The notes beneath the pieces are model-generated. The model worked only from the letters and a program-made list of their open reading frames with translations. It had not been told where the DNA came from and made no database searches. A DNA stretch of 64,000 nt from Eledone cirrhosa (lineage: Eukaryota). The stretch lies in contig OZ024740.1 in the NCBI GenBank assembly GCA_964016885.1, forward strand, positions 280,860,001-280,924,000. Direction: 5' to 3'. Positions 1 to 14,571 of this stretch are shown here, one piece after another. The position numbers were made by a program, and so were the translations under genes. Every line of letters starts with the position of its first letter. Within the stretch, counting starts at the first letter, position 1.

Positions 1-160
1 CCATTGCGTTAAACGACCGAGAGTACAATAGTCGCCCTGGATAGAACACCAGTCCATCGTAGGGTTAAAATCCCAGCTATTGCTGTTACTCATTTTCAGT
101 TGAGTATACCGGAGCAATGTGAAATTAAGTGTTTTGCTCAAGAACACACACATAACCCAA
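1..160 (-). mobile_element. SINE fragment (tRNA-derived, conserved-domain type), truncated by window edge
   Basis: Reverse complement reads tgtgttcttgagcaaaacacttaatttcacattgctcc...actcaactgaaaatgagta, typical of CORE/Meta-like SINE bodies in invertebrates. Confidence 0.55.
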
Positions 161-247
161 ATTTTGAAATCCAAACAGAAATTCGTTACAATGATCATAG
201 CGTTAGAAAATCGGGTAAAATACTTTTAGGGGCAGTCATATATTAAA

Positions 248-1057
248 TCGTGCGAAACCATTCTGCTAATGTGAGAGCTGATGAGGTTGAAGATGAGTGT
301 GTGTAAACATGTCTTATATATACCTTTCTATATTTCCTCTTCTGGTCATTTCTTTCAATCTGTTCTATACTTCATCTGCCTGTCACCCACCTAGTGGATT
401 GTTCCTCTGTTGACAACTGATCGCTGGTCTATGTCCTCTGAGGCATTTTTGCCCATCAGTCTTTGACATCATTTAGCTGCTGTAACAGCTGTTCTATTGA
501 TGAGTTTTCTCATTTTTATATGTATTCAAATACACTCTCGCTTCGTCTTGATCAGAGACAACACTGTCTTTTTATTTAACTTATAGCTATTATTAGCTTT
601 CTATTCAGGACAGACACCACAGCTTGATGACAACTATCCCATTATTTTTCTTTTCTTTGTTTTCTTTCGTTCTTCTATCTGTGCATTTTGTTTCATCACA
701 CACACACCATACCAGCAGAAATACCTATTTTTTTGTTGCACGATCCAATATTTTAAAATGACACTCTCAATTATATCGAGCGAAACCATTTTGGTGGTTT
801 GAGAGCTGATGAGGGTGAAGATTGTATGTGTGTAAACTTGTCTTGTATATCGCCTTTCTTTATTTCGTCTGTGCACCAACATACTTCCCCTTCTCTTCTT
901 TCAATATTTTATATATTTCATCAGCCTGTCACCCACCTTGTGGATTGTCTCTGTTCACCACTGGCCGCTGGTCTCTGTCCTCTGAGACATTTTTCCCATC
1001 ACTCTCTTTGACAGCATTTAGCTGTTCTAGTGATTTTTCTCGTTTTTATATGTATAT
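248..1057. repeat. Diverged direct duplication of a ~280-bp segment (248-530 vs 776-1057)
   Basis: Shared blocks gcgaaaccatt...gagagctgatgagg..gaagat, gcctgtcacccacct.gtggattgt and gtcctctgag.catttt at ~528-bp spacing. Confidence 0.75.
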
Positions 1058-1059
1058 AG

Positions 1060-1103
<44 letters not shown>

Positions 1104-1295
1104 GGTGGTGTCCAGCAGAAGCAAGGGGACAAGCGTCTATGCATTTCAGGCTTGACTGGCCTTCGTCAGGACGGTCCCTCCCACCGCTTGCTACTGCTGC
1201 ATATAGTTTTCTCGTCTGTGTAAATGAGGTGATTAATCTCATTTGCATATGAAGCTGTATAAGTTGGCTCAACTTATAATAGAAATGTATATGCA

Positions 1296-1340
<45 letters not shown>

Positions 1341-1343
<3 letters not shown>

Positions 1344-1540
1344 AGTATGCACACGTACATACATATATGTATACAGACGCACAGTAGTATGTATATATAT
1401 ATACATACATGCACACATATATACATGTACGTATGGATTCACCGAACACTTATTATAATGCTCGATGTGTTTGTAAACAAACATCCCGCATTAAACCGTA
1501 GTGTCCAGCAACCATCGTTGCTCGTTTGTTCAACACTGAC
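1341..1540 (-). mobile_element. Partial copy of the ~424-bp retrozyme-like family (family C); stops before the HHR
   Basis: Near-identical to 6032-6197, 19778-19978 and 32338-32531; flanked by (TA)n. Confidence 0.8.
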
Positions 1541-1588
<48 letters not shown>

Positions 1589-1589
<1 letters not shown>

Positions 1590-2560
1590 AGCTGCAAACT
1601 CTGCCAAGAGTATTGCAATCGCTTGTGAGATTCTGATGTGTGACACTCGGATATGGCTTTTCAAGCCTGCTAGAGACTTGCACTCCTTCGTACGCCGACG
1701 ACAACTATGGCTCTCCCTGTCTTGAGGTCTTGTTATCAAGTTGCCTGTGAACCCTCAGAACACCGTGGAGATCATAGTTCACTGGTTCTCTTTGAACATG
1801 GCTGCGACTGTGGCTCCTGAAACCAGATGTGCTCAAGCAAAGTTTTCCACACTCAGGGCACTCCAATTCAATGGAGACACCGATCCTTTCGAGAGATACA
1901 CCAGGGCATTGCTTACGCACATCCCGTTTGATCTTTTCATGCTCTATTCGTCTATCTTCAAAATTATGGACCCCGTTATTCACCATTCCACGCCAAGTTT
2001 CTCTTTCAAGAGCTTCTATCTCCCAGTCAGCCATCATCAAACCTGTTTTTTTCAATGAGTCCTTTACACAATCCTTGAATCGGAGCCTTGGCTAGTGAGG
2101 TGGTCTCTTACCTTCACAAAGCTCGCCATACAAGAGTTGTTTTGGGATTCGATCATCCTCCATTCTGCAGAGGTGTCCGCTCCATCGCAAACGTCGTTTG
2201 TGGATGATACTCTCAATGCTCCGATATTCTCTTCTCTCAAGGACCTCAACATCACCCACATGCATCTGCCACTTGATACCGAGCATCTTTCTTAAACACT
2301 GGTGGTGAAACGGTTCCAGTCTATGGATATGCCGTTTATATACAACCCTTGTCTAACATGCATACAGAAAAGCTGACAGTACACAACAGCATACACTCTC
2401 ACCTCGGTCCTCATTGTGATTCCTCGCCTGCACCAAAGACGGTCGCTGAGCCTTCCAAATGACTCACATGCCTTACTAACACGTAAACCAACCTCTGCAT
2501 CCAGAGAGCAGGCCACACTCAGAGTACTCTCCAAATACACAAATGTATCAGCAGCCTTCA
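1589..2560 (-). mobile_element. RTE/BovB-like LINE 3' fragment (RT C-terminus + C2H2 zinc fingers), frameshifted
   Basis: YLESTLS..LDAEV..RVSKA..SFGRL; RRLRWSGHLCRMEDDRIPKQLLYGEL; CPECGKLC..GFRSHSRSH. Confidence 0.9.
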
Positions 2561-2591
2561 GTTTTTATCCGGAGCACACATACATATCAAA

Positions 2592-2741
<150 letters not shown>

Positions 2742-3255
2742 ATTTAAGTCTGTGTATGTCTTAGCTATTCGACTAAAAGGGATTGAAGAAATATCTACCA
2801 GACTTGAAATAAATACTACTGGGCTCAATACCATGGATCCAATCCCTATAAGGCGTTGCCCTACATGACCACAGTCAAATGACTGAAAGCAGGAAAAGGT
2901 TAAAGAACATACATGATAATATTCAATCAACCACATCACAGTGGCAACGTTCGTAAGTATCTAGCTTCAATTAGTTTATTTATCAATTTTTTACCGATTC
3001 TCACTGTGTTTAAATATTGTGAAGTCCCAATTTATGTTTCACCAATCATTTTGAGAACACGATTAATACAGAAGACTTTTTTTTATTTTTTAATTATAAA
3101 TCTACTCAATTTAACTTAAAGAGAATTGAACATTTATAATCACCAATAATACTCTAACAAAAATAAAATGCAAAGAATATTAGATTGAAACATCTCAACA
3201 CGCACACACATAAATATCTACATTTACGCGCATACATGCATACATATATACGCAA

Positions 3256-3300
<45 letters not shown>

Positions 3301-3397
3301 CCTAAGATGAAACGATCGTCAGTGATTAAATGTTTGATATATATAAATGTAAATGAAAATGAAAATCAAAGAGTGTTTAATCTTTCAAACATTTAAT

Positions 3398-3445
3398 CAC
3401 TGACGATCGTTTCATCTTAACACAAAGCAGATATCACCAGAGTTG
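3398..3445 (-). ncRNA. Minimal type I hammerhead ribozyme, degenerate core (A6G), in a PLE pLTR relic
   Basis: RC: act CTGGTGA t atct..agat GAAA cgatcg TC agt; inverted partial copy at 3303-3336 next to (TA)n. Confidence 0.65.
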
Positions 3446-3879
3446 ATAACAAATACAAGATCAAAACGTTGTCACAAGAAAATTAGGAGGATACATAATA
3501 TGGGATGTTAGATAAACGTAAACATCAACACTCATATAAGAATTTATGTAAGATATCAGAGGCGGAAAAAAACATATGAAAAATAGGAGCAGATAAATGT
3601 TTAAAAAAAAATGAAAAATATACTGTTACAGATAACTTAAGTACAGTGAAACTTATATATTATAAATAGTTAAGAAAGTTGATAAGAGAAAGTATGCATA
3701 ACAAATATAAATTTTAAATATATATTAAACAAATATATATTTAAAAAATGTATTCTAAGAGGTTAGATACACGTGTAGCATAGCCAGGGACAATAGGCAG
3801 GTGCAAGACTATAAGTTCGACTACGTAAAAAAAAAAAAAAAATAAATAAAAATAAAATTGAAAACAATTCAATATAGAT

Positions 3880-4221
3880 CAGGGGTTCTCAACCTGGTCC
3901 ATGTGGACCACTAGTGGTCCATAGCGAAATTCAGGTGGTCCACAGAAAATGTTCAATAGCAAATTCTTTTTTTGATCCATGCATTTGACTTAAAGCGCTG
4001 TTCTTATTCTTCGCATAAGTACGACTTCAGCTGTTTATTTGTGTAGATTTTTAGGCACTGCGACATGATAATAGCATTTTCTAATTCATTGAAAAAAAAA
4101 CATCTACTGATGCTTATAAGTAGCAGTTCTATTACAAAAGATTTAAAAGTTTAGGTGGTCCACGGGAAAAAAAATTACTTATTTTGGTGGTCCACAGCGA
4201 AAAAAAGTTTGAGAACCGCTA
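3880..4221. mobile_element. hAT (Charlie-like) MITE
   Basis: TIRs caggggttctcaa / ttgagaaccgcta; 8-bp TSD atatagat (3872-3879, 4222-4229); subterminal gtggtccac repeats. Confidence 0.9.
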
Positions 4222-4374
4222 ATATAGATGGAAGTATTAACAGAGAAGCACCCAAGACACATCATTCAAAGCACCAAATAGTTCAATAGAGGACATAAAG
4301 ATTAGAGGAGATAAAGTCACACAACATCAAGTGTACAAATCATCCAACTTAACATGGAATTAAAAAATGTCTTA

Positions 4375-4912
<538 letters not shown>

Positions 4913-4956
4913 AAGTTAAATAAAAGTCAAATGATTAAAATTTAGCTTCGTTTATT

Positions 4957-5011
4957 ACTGCTATATATATTTCAGTGACAGCCATCTTTGGCTGTGACCT
5001 CTTCAGGCAGT
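4957..5011 (-). ncRNA. Minimal type I hammerhead ribozyme
   Basis: RC: actgc CTGAAGA ..acagcc aaagat ggctgt.. GAAA tatata TA gcagt; 5-bp stem I; bracketed by inverted repeat 4905-4941/5127-5163. Confidence 0.85.
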
Positions 5012-5263
5012 TTGAATTAGTATGGTATAGACAAGTACATATGTTGTTTAGGTGTATAATATTGTCAATACTCTGATATGCCCAGTTCCTTGTTGGGCTG
5101 TTAATTCACTGAGGAACTGGAGTCATATTTTAATCATTTGACTTTTATTTAACTTTATTTTACTTTATTTTACACTACTCCGGAGTAACCAAACCAACCT
5201 GCACACTTCGTCGAGTGCTCCAGCCTGCATACTGAGGTGTTGGTATACAACCAACATAAACTC

Positions 5264-5297
<34 letters not shown>

Positions 5298-5916
5298 CGT
5301 ATGTAGTTGACAGCTGAGAGAAAAGAGTACGCTATGCCGAAGTAGAGTTTTAATGTTCATTTTATTAAGGCTAAAGCTAAATAGTGAGTCTTGTTACTCC
5401 GGTGTTTCGCCTGTTTATCACGGATGGAAAGGGCATTGGCAGGGTGGGGTGGTGGTGGTGGTGGGGGTGGGGGTAGGATAGGCTGTGTGAAAAAGATGAT
5501 AATAGGTAGTAGTGGACATAGCCATTAGGTTTTTAACTGGTCAGTGAGAGGCAGGTGATGGATGTGAAGGTGGGTGTATAGAGGGCTAGTGAAAAGGTTG
5601 GTGGGATAGAAAGGATGGTATATACATATTTATAGTACTACAAATGTACAAAATATACATACGTACACACTAAATACATATACGCAAGTACTAACATATA
5701 TGTAAATAAATATATATGTATTCCCACAAAGACATATAAATATAAAATACACACAAGGAAATACGTAAAAATACAAAGAAATATTAAAATATATATACAC
5801 ATACGTACACAAGAAGCATTTCCACGCATATAAACCTCAGTATACATATACATGTACATATGCATGTGTTTATATAAGTATATATATATGTATATGTATA
5901 TAATCACATAAACACA

Positions 5917-5968
<52 letters not shown>

Positions 5969-6031
5969 TATATATATCTCAGCCGTCGGGGTCCTGACTC
6001 TTTTCTTATATATAAATATATATATATATAT

Positions 6032-6640
6032 ATAAGTATGTACACGTACATACATATATGTATACCGACGTACAGTAGTATGTATATATATATATATATA
6101 TACATACATGCACACATATATATATGCACGTATGGATTCACCGAATATTTATTATAATGCTCGGTGTGTTTGTAAACAAACATCCCGTATTAAGCCGTTT
6201 CATTTTTTCCGTTTATCGTTTTCGGTGTACCCGGCCGATTAACCCACTCGATATGCAAATTGGGCTACTCAGCCGTTAATATGCATAAGGTAAGTATATA
6301 CGTTCAACAATCTGGCAGGAAGGTATACGTTGCTGACGATAGCTAACAAGCTTGAAACTAGTACAGCGTTCCTTTGTCAGTGTTGAACAAACGAGCAACG
6401 GTGGTTGCTAGACACTACGGCTTAATACGGGATGTTTGTTTACAAACACACCGAGCATTATAATAAATATTCGGTGAATCCATACGTGCATATATATATG
6501 TGTGCATGTATGTATATATATATATATACATACTACTGTACGTCGGTATACATATAAGTATGTACGTGTACATACTTATATTTAAGTAACAGCCGTACTA
6601 AGAGTGGGAAATGAAATATCGTTTCATTTTTTCCGTTTAT
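6032..6640 (+). mobile_element. Retrozyme-like family C: inverted partial copy (6032-6197) fused to one full 424-bp unit (6196-6640)
   Basis: Terminal direct repeat cgtttcattttttccgtttat at 6196-6216 and 6620-6640; central HHR; (TA)n on both sides. Confidence 0.85.
6328..6368 (+). ncRNA. Minimal type I hammerhead ribozyme (family C)
   Basis: cgttg CTGACGA t agct aaca agct t GAAA ctag TA cagcg. Confidence 0.9.
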
Positions 6641-6662
6641 ATATATATATTTATATATATAT

Positions 6663-6708
<46 letters not shown>

Positions 6709-6934
6709 ACATATATATATACATATACATACACATATACACATGAACGCCCATATACACATACAAATACGCATATATACATACACATAAAAAAACGTCC
6801 ACATATAGAAATATATACATACCTACAACTGACATGCATATATACATATGGATCCGAATATGAATATCCAAGTTCCATTGCATGCATAATGTATATAAGA
6901 TGGGCGGTTGAATGTATGTGGGTACTGTGGTAGG

Positions 6935-8080
6935 AGGATGGTGGTAGGAGGATGCTGCTCTGTCAAAGATAGCCTTATTAGAATCTCAAAAACCTCTCTT
7001 CTAATAAGGCTACTATAAGCTAACAGCGGCTTCTCGCAACCTATCACTTACTCTCCTACTAACAACAACAGCAATAAGAAAAGAAAGTGTAACAATATAC
7101 AAACTATCTGGTTCTCTCCTCCCTTCTCACTCAACGTTAAAACCAATGTAGGCAAAAAATTTCTAGCCCTCTTAGATAGACACTTTCCCATTGGTCATAA
7201 ATACCGCTCCATTTTAACCAACACAAAGTAAAACTAGGATCCTCCTGCACTAAGAACATGAAGGCCCACATCACCAACAGCCCTAACAGCAACTCCCCAC
7301 CAAGGTGCTTTTGCCGTAAGCCCGACGCTTGTCCCCTTCAACAGCAATGCAACACACCCGCTGTAGTTTATGAAGCTGTGGTCACTTGCAACCGACCAAA
7401 TCAACCACAGGAGGTCAAACTCTATGTGGGTATGGCGGAGGGCCGATTTAAGGAACGCTTCCAGACCACCCGGATAGACGTTCATCCACGAAACTCGCGA
7501 GCCATGTATGGTCCCTCAAGGACTCAAGTAAAGACTAGTCCATTCAATGGAAAGCCATCACTAAGTCCAAGCCATACGCAAGAGGCAATCCGTCGTGTGG
7601 ACTATGTTTTGATGAACGAATAAATATTCTAAAGAGATTACGCAACAGTGATTGCCTAAACTCGAGAAATGAATTCTTCACACGTATATATATATATATT
7701 TTTTTTTCTATATATATATTTTTATTTTTATTTACATTTATTTACGTATTAACGTGTATTCATCTATTTGTTCCTCTATCCTTCTTATCTTCTCTCTATC
7801 ATACGTTTATTCTTATTTACATTTGTCTCTCATCTATATATCATCGTATTCTATATATCTTCCTCTCTTTATATTTCTATCTATAATAACTTCTCCTTTT
7901 CTTCTTCTTTCTCTTTTTCTTTTTCTTTTTCCTTCTTCTTCTTTTTCCTTCCTTTCCTTTCTTTCTTTACTGTATCTATCTCCCTTTCTTCCTCCCTTTT
8001 CTCTCTATATCTTTATTATTAATATTATTATTGATGATGTAATTTGAATTTGTAAATTTGTTTCCGATGATCTAGTAGAG
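6935..8080 (+). mobile_element. Degenerate Hydra-like Penelope element 3' part (thumb, linker, GIY-YIG, 3' tail) with a short inverted 5' segment
   Basis: IWFSPPFSLNVKTNVGKKFL..LDRHFP; CFCRKPDACPL..VVYEA..LYVGMAEGRFKERF; 6935-7000 encodes SNKAIFDRAASSY on the minus strand. Confidence 0.85.
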
Positions 8081-10626
8081 TTAATGTCGGTTGACAGTCT
8101 GGCAAACTACATCCAGGCAATGCAACCCCACATCACTAACACAAGAGAAGTAACACCACAAGAGCATGAGGATAGAGAAAAAACCCTCAATCCCCATATG
8201 ATGATGTGGACAAATATAATGCAGCCCAACAAAAGGACTGCCAACAACTTCCAGGCCTGGAACAATGACGTGCCAGTGTTGTATGGGCTTCGAAAAGACC
8301 ATAAAACGAGCAGTGACCCTGTCACAGGACCACCAACACGCCAGTCTGTGGAGCTAACATTGCTAGTAACTACAGACGGTCCTACTTCCTCTCCCTGATC
8401 ATACGCCCCATCATTGAAATGTCCCCAGATGTATGTGACAGCACGGAGGACCTCCTCAGCAGAATCGGCGAGAGTAACCGATCTAGGGACCTAACAAACT
8501 GCATAATAGGTAGTATGGATGTTGTGTCCCTGTATCCATCTATGGGCGTGGATTTTGCTGTGGAGAAATGCGGAGAAATGATCAGTGAGAGCAATGTTGA
8601 ATTCCGTGGGATTGATACCAGTGAGCTGGGACTCCTACTTAAACTTACCTATAGTAATAATTATCAAGACACATATGACCTTAGCAACCTGTGCCCTACA
8701 AGACCAGCAAGAGGCAGACCACCTACCATTACCTCAATGGCCAAGAAAACTCACACAGATAGATGGAACGGGTGGACCAGAGCCATACGGACCCCCGAAA
8801 ACCACGATGAACTAAAGAAAATGATTGCACATGCGGTGGGGCCAGCATAAAATTAACCCTTAAGGAACATATGTTCAAATTTAATGGAAAAACATATGCC
8901 CAAGAGGAGGGAGCAGCCATTGGTGTTAGCATTGCAGGCGACATAGCTAACCTATTCATGGTATGGTGGGACAGTAGACTTAAACTTAAACTTAAAGAAC
9001 AATTTGAAGACCCCTTAACCCTGATAATGTACTCCCGCTACGTTGATGATATAAACATCGTAGTTAAAATACCCCCACTAGAGAACAGTGAGGAATTAGA
9101 GAAAAACACAATGGAAAGCATCCAGCAAATAGCTAACTCCATCCACCAGAGTATTAGAGTTACTATAGACTACCCAAGCAAACAGCCCAACCATCGATTA
9201 CCTGTACTAGACACAGAGCTCTGGTTAGATACCATTAATAACAAAAAACAAATCCTCCATTCCCATTATGCCAAACCCATGACTTCCAAATATCTGATCC
9301 ATCGAAACTCAGCTGTTTCGGACCATACCAAAATCAACATACTGATTGCGGATTTGGTACGGGTGATGAGAAACGTGTCCCGCATGTGCAACCCCGAAGA
9401 ACTAGGGAGACACATACAACACTTCATCCACCGTATGCAGTTCTCTGGTTACAATCAGAGAGATAAAATCAGAGTGTATAGAGGAGCCAGAACCAAATGG
9501 GAAAAATTGGTAAATAATGACATAAATGGGACCTGTCCCTTGTATAGGAGCAAATTTTGGAATAGAATAGAAAGAACTAGGAATAAGGCTAATAGAATAA
9601 ACTCATGGTATGATAGCAATAATACCAGAGTGGAATGTTCATCGATACAACTCCTAGAGGTGAATTAGCTTACAAATTTAGAAGTGCCCTAGATAAACAT
9701 AAACTCAATATTAAGATAGTAGAAAGACCAGGTACCTCCATAAAAAAAACTTATTAGCAAGACATACCCTTTTCAAAGACCTCCCTGGATAGATAAAAAA
9801 TGTATAATCTGTAAATTAAGCCCCCATATTAACTGTAAAACTAAAAATGTAGTATATAGCATAAGATGTACTGAAGGACAATGTAGAGATAAAAATATAG
9901 TGTACATAGGTGAGACAGCTCGTAGTATAGGGGAACGGATAAATGAACACTGGCAAGACCTTCAAGATAGTAAAGAATCATCTGTACTCTACCAACATGC
10001 TAAAATAGAACATAAGGGTAAATTAGAGAACATAGAAATAAAAATTGAATCTACACACAGAAAAGACGCAATGTTTAGACAAATCACAGAGGCAATAAAC
10101 ATAAATGAATTACAACCAAAATTAAATAGAAAATATGAGTGGAACATCAACATCACAACTTACAATTAAGGACAAAATGAAAACACACTCGCACATAGAA
10201 CAAACAACCAACCAGTAACATGTAAATAAACAAATAAATAAACGAATATAAACACACACAGACACCCGGATGTAACACATGCGCAAACTAAGCACACAAC
10301 ACACAAAAACAAGATTTCGTAGGTCAGAACAAAGGAGAGGCACAAAAAAACAAAAAAAAAAACAAAGAAAAGAATCCCCAGTCACTGAAGAGGTCACAGA
10401 ATGTGTGACGAAAGAACTTTGACAATATATAAACAACCATCTGGTTGTGGAACCAACTAACCGGAAATTTATAAATTCCTAAATTTATAAATTTATTATA
10501 ATAAATTGAAGTGAAAGCAATGGTGCGTGTGTTTCTTATTGGCAACATGGCCCTCCCAAAGTATAACAATATCGGTTTCAACACACGTTTTCAGATAAAG
10601 AATCTTTCTAAACAAATTCAGAAACG

Positions 10627-10630
<4 letters not shown>
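8081..10630 (+). mobile_element. Penelope-like element (Neptune/Nematis-like), 5'-truncated and frameshifted; RT + GIY-YIG + pLTR with HHR
   Basis: LYGLRKDHK; SMDVVSLYPS; QEEGAAIG..IANLFM; YSRYVDD; YIGETARSIGERINEH..EAINI..PKLN; ends in (TA)n. Confidence 0.95.
10381..10423 (+). ncRNA. Minimal type I hammerhead ribozyme in pLTR (family A)
   Basis: gtca CTGAAGA g gtcaca gaatg tgtgac GAAA gaac TT tgac. Confidence 0.85.
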
Positions 10631-10708
<78 letters not shown>

Positions 10709-10861
10709 TAAAATAACAGATTAAAGTTTAAGCAAATAATCGCTACTTTCATCCTTAACGGGATCTACGGTTCTTATATATTTGATATATGTTTATCCTT
10801 ATCGAGCCCTCTTTGGATTTTAGTCTTCAAATTTATTATTATTACTATATATATATATATA

Positions 10862-13800
10862 TCCAGGGGTGTAACTTGGAGTTACTGCAGGTTCACCCGG
10901 GGAGCACTTGATGTTTAGGTTCACTTCTGTGATGAGGTGTAGAGCTATACAGAGTGTAATATATATAAAAAAGAATAACAAGGACGATTGGTTACTCCTT
11001 CTTTACATTTATTGGTAGGTGACGCGCGTTTCGCCACTGATCAGCTCAAGGTTCGATAAAACAGGAAAATTATACAATTTGGTGTACAAAACTTACAACA
11101 AATGCATTACAAACGAAATCGCTAAAATATACAAAACATCAACACGGGAAAACCTAGCACACATAAATAAACAGGCGAAAACAATAATGACCGAACTGAG
11201 TATTGACGACAGGACTCATCCATACATCCCTAGGACACCGAGACTATATATTAAAGACCATAAACCGGACTTCCAGTCAAAACTACCGGTCAGGCTCATA
11301 GCTCCGTCTAAATCGGACCTAGGTAGACTTAGCAAATCAATCATTGACCGAATTATACCTGAACTTAGAAATAAAACTAAACTCAGCCTATGGTCTTGTA
11401 CAAATGAAGTACTCGACTGGTTTTGTGGCATTGAAACTAAGTCGAATGTTCGATTAGTCCAATTGGACATTATGAACTACTACGCATCTATATCCCCAAT
11501 CATCCTTAACAAGGCACTGATCTCAGCCATGAACAGATCAAGCCTCACTAGAAAGGAAGTGGACATCATACTAACAGCTAGGAAAACTTTACTAGAATTT
11601 GACGGTAGATTGTGGGAGCGAGAGAATAGACCAGATAGCTTCGACAATACCATGGGATCGACTGACTCCGCACAGGTTACAGATATAGTAGGCATATACC
11701 TCCTAAATATATTAACAGACGAGATCCCCTCCTTGGGCGGTGGCTTATACCGTGACGATGCCCTACTAATGGCCCGTGGACTCAATAATAGCCAAATTGA
11801 TAGAATACACAAACGACTTAGGTACATCTTTAAGACCCAAGGATTAGCGGTAGAAATTGAACCCAATAATAGGAAGTAAACGTTTTAGATGTCACCCTAG
11901 AATTAGACTCAGGCCTCTACCGTCCATACCACGAACATAATGAAAATCTTAAATACGTCAACAGACACTCCAACCGCCCTAGGGCATAATTAACTCAATA
12001 GTTAAAAGCGTATCCAATAGAGTGTCCACCCTATCGGCTAATAGAAATATCTTCAACCAGCACGCGGAATACAACTCTGCACTTGTAAACGCTGGTTACA
12101 TTGAGAATATTTCTTGCATCGACCCAAATAGAACCGTAACGCCGCTAAACATAACCGGACCCTTAGAAAACAACATAGAAGAAGTCACCACACCTAGGAC
12201 AAATAATAACCTAAGATCCTCCGTAGCCGGCAGGGCAGGCAGCGTCACACACAACTGTCGAGGAGATAAAGCCATACTCTCCAACCCCAATAAGGACTCC
12301 GACTATCGCACACGTTTGCGTAGCAATAGAGACAAAAGACATAATGCCAATAGATTACTTGGAACCCCTATGACACAAACGCCTGACCAAAATGCACACG
12401 AACTACCACCCAACCACAAAAACCTCACTAAACACCGCAGACCCCGAAGTAGACCTGTCACATGTACAACTATACATGATATTCTATACACGTCGCCACC
12501 AATATACCGGGAACCTTCTTCAGGGCTCTCGAACAATCTTTTCCACGTACACATAAATACCACAAACTCTTCAATGACACACTGTAAAATTCTTTCTCCA
12601 CAGCACCAAATATAGGCCACACAACAGCACACACTAATAGGACAAAAATACAAAAACACATGGTTGCCCCACAACAAACCACCACCACAACTCAGAACGA
12701 AACCACACACACAACACAACAGAACAACCCACATACCAGACTCACACCGCATGCCACCAACCGCCAACCTGCCAACTGCAACTGCAAAAAACGGGCCGAA
12801 TGCCCACTAAACGGGGAGTGCCTCGTTAAAAACATTGTTTACCGGTGTGATGTCACAGCCGGCAATAAAGAGTACTCATATATAGGTGCGACATCCACTA
12901 CGTTTAAGGAGCGCTGGTATAACCATAGAAGCTCCTTTAAACATAGGCTGAAACGATCCCAAACCAGACTGGCCGATTTGATCTGGGACCTCAAGGACAG
13001 GAACATTGAACCCCAGATCTCGTGGTCTGTCAGTGAAAAGACGCGTGGCACAACTCCCCAGTGACAGAAACCACTGCAGGTTATGCCTGGCTGAGGCGGC
13101 AGAAATAATTAAATTAAAATCTGCCATAAACTATAGGTCGGACATAATTGTCAATTGCAGACACACAAGGCTGAACACATTTTCCGCACAAACATTCGGG
13201 GGAGGGCCGCACACTAAACATGACCCAGCATAATAATAACCACCTCTGCCCCGTCTCACCATCGCCCATCTCAGTGAATTTATTTTATTGTATTGCATGT
13301 AACCATTTGTAAGCCCGTATTTTGTATATCATGCCGCATACATCACCCCCCACCAAAAATCACATCGCCATACACCCCTCATCCTTGCAACATTGTGTTC
13401 TATCTGTCCTCTCTGTCAGGTTTTACCTTGCAAACCATAGTAACATCTGATCCTGTAAATATAATGACGATCATATCACACCATCGCCACCACCACCACA
13501 GCACACATCGTCATATGTCTACCATCCATACCCACAACCTTATTCCCCCATCTTCTCTCTGTCTACCCTAACCTACAATCCCGCGCTAAATTCGACCCTG
13601 TAAATATACTGTCGCACACACCGCCACCACTAGATACATCTACATACTTCAACAATCATTAACATCATCAACACATATGATCCCTCACTCCCAGATCGAC
13701 TGTGTTATATCCGCCCTCCGTCTGCCTTACACTGTAACCCACCGTAACATCTGATCATGTAATCATTTTGTTGAACATATCACCCCAGCACCACCACCAC

Positions 13801-14270
13801 CACCATGACCACAACACACATCGCTATACGACCATAAACTTTTTTTCCCCCGCGTTCCCTATGTCACCTTTTAACCTGTAACCCATCGTATTATTCGATC
13901 CTGCATATTTTTGTCGCTCACACCCCACACACGCCAACCTGTCTACCGACAACCCACTACCCCTACCCCACATCCCATCCCAGTCAGCGACCATCACCAC
14001 CATCTTATTATCGCATCAACCCCCACATACACTACAGGCCAAAGCCAATCCGCCACCATCACACCACAGCCCATCGCAGCCAGCGACTGTCACCTACATC
14101 TTATCACATCCACTCTCACATACACTACAGGCCAGTACATCCCTTTGATCCTTCCCACCAATCAAAACAACTCATATTGTCAAACTCTTGAACTTCTGTC
14201 TTTACCACATAGCATGTATTTCATTTCCTTATAGCATTTTAAAGGGTCCGTCGAGCTGCCGATCATTGAT
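10862..14270 (+). mobile_element. Hydra-like Penelope element, 5'-truncated, with a probable inverted pLTR fragment at the 5' junction
   Basis: IKDHKPDF..PVRLIAPSKSDLG; LDIMNYYASI; TMGSTDSAQVTD; GLYRDD; CNCKKRAECPL..NIVYRC..YIGATSTTFKERW; CRLC..CRH; inverted HHR half (GAAA cgcgcg TC) at ~11016-11030. Confidence 0.92.
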
Positions 14271-14524
14271 TTATATATATATATATATATATAAGCCTGC
14301 CACGTAGTGCTAATATTAAGTGATATTTTTTCATTTTACGGTTCAATTACAGAACGTGTTTTTGTACTGCATGCTGGATTGGCAACGGTATGCTTGGAAT
14401 TGAAGAATAATTCCCGTAATGAAATTGCAGAATTTTCAAATGAAATCATGGCAAGGAGAGAGATCGATATATAAATGAGATTGACTAAAATATATAGGGG
14501 CCTGTCTGAATCTCGTCCATATTC

Positions 14525-14569
<45 letters not shown>

Positions 14570-14571
<2 letters not shown>

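Noticed and set aside
252-815. GAAA...CTGATGA in both copies of the 528-bp-spaced duplication, as a type II hammerhead
   Set aside because: No stem I hairpin or stem II pairing could be formed
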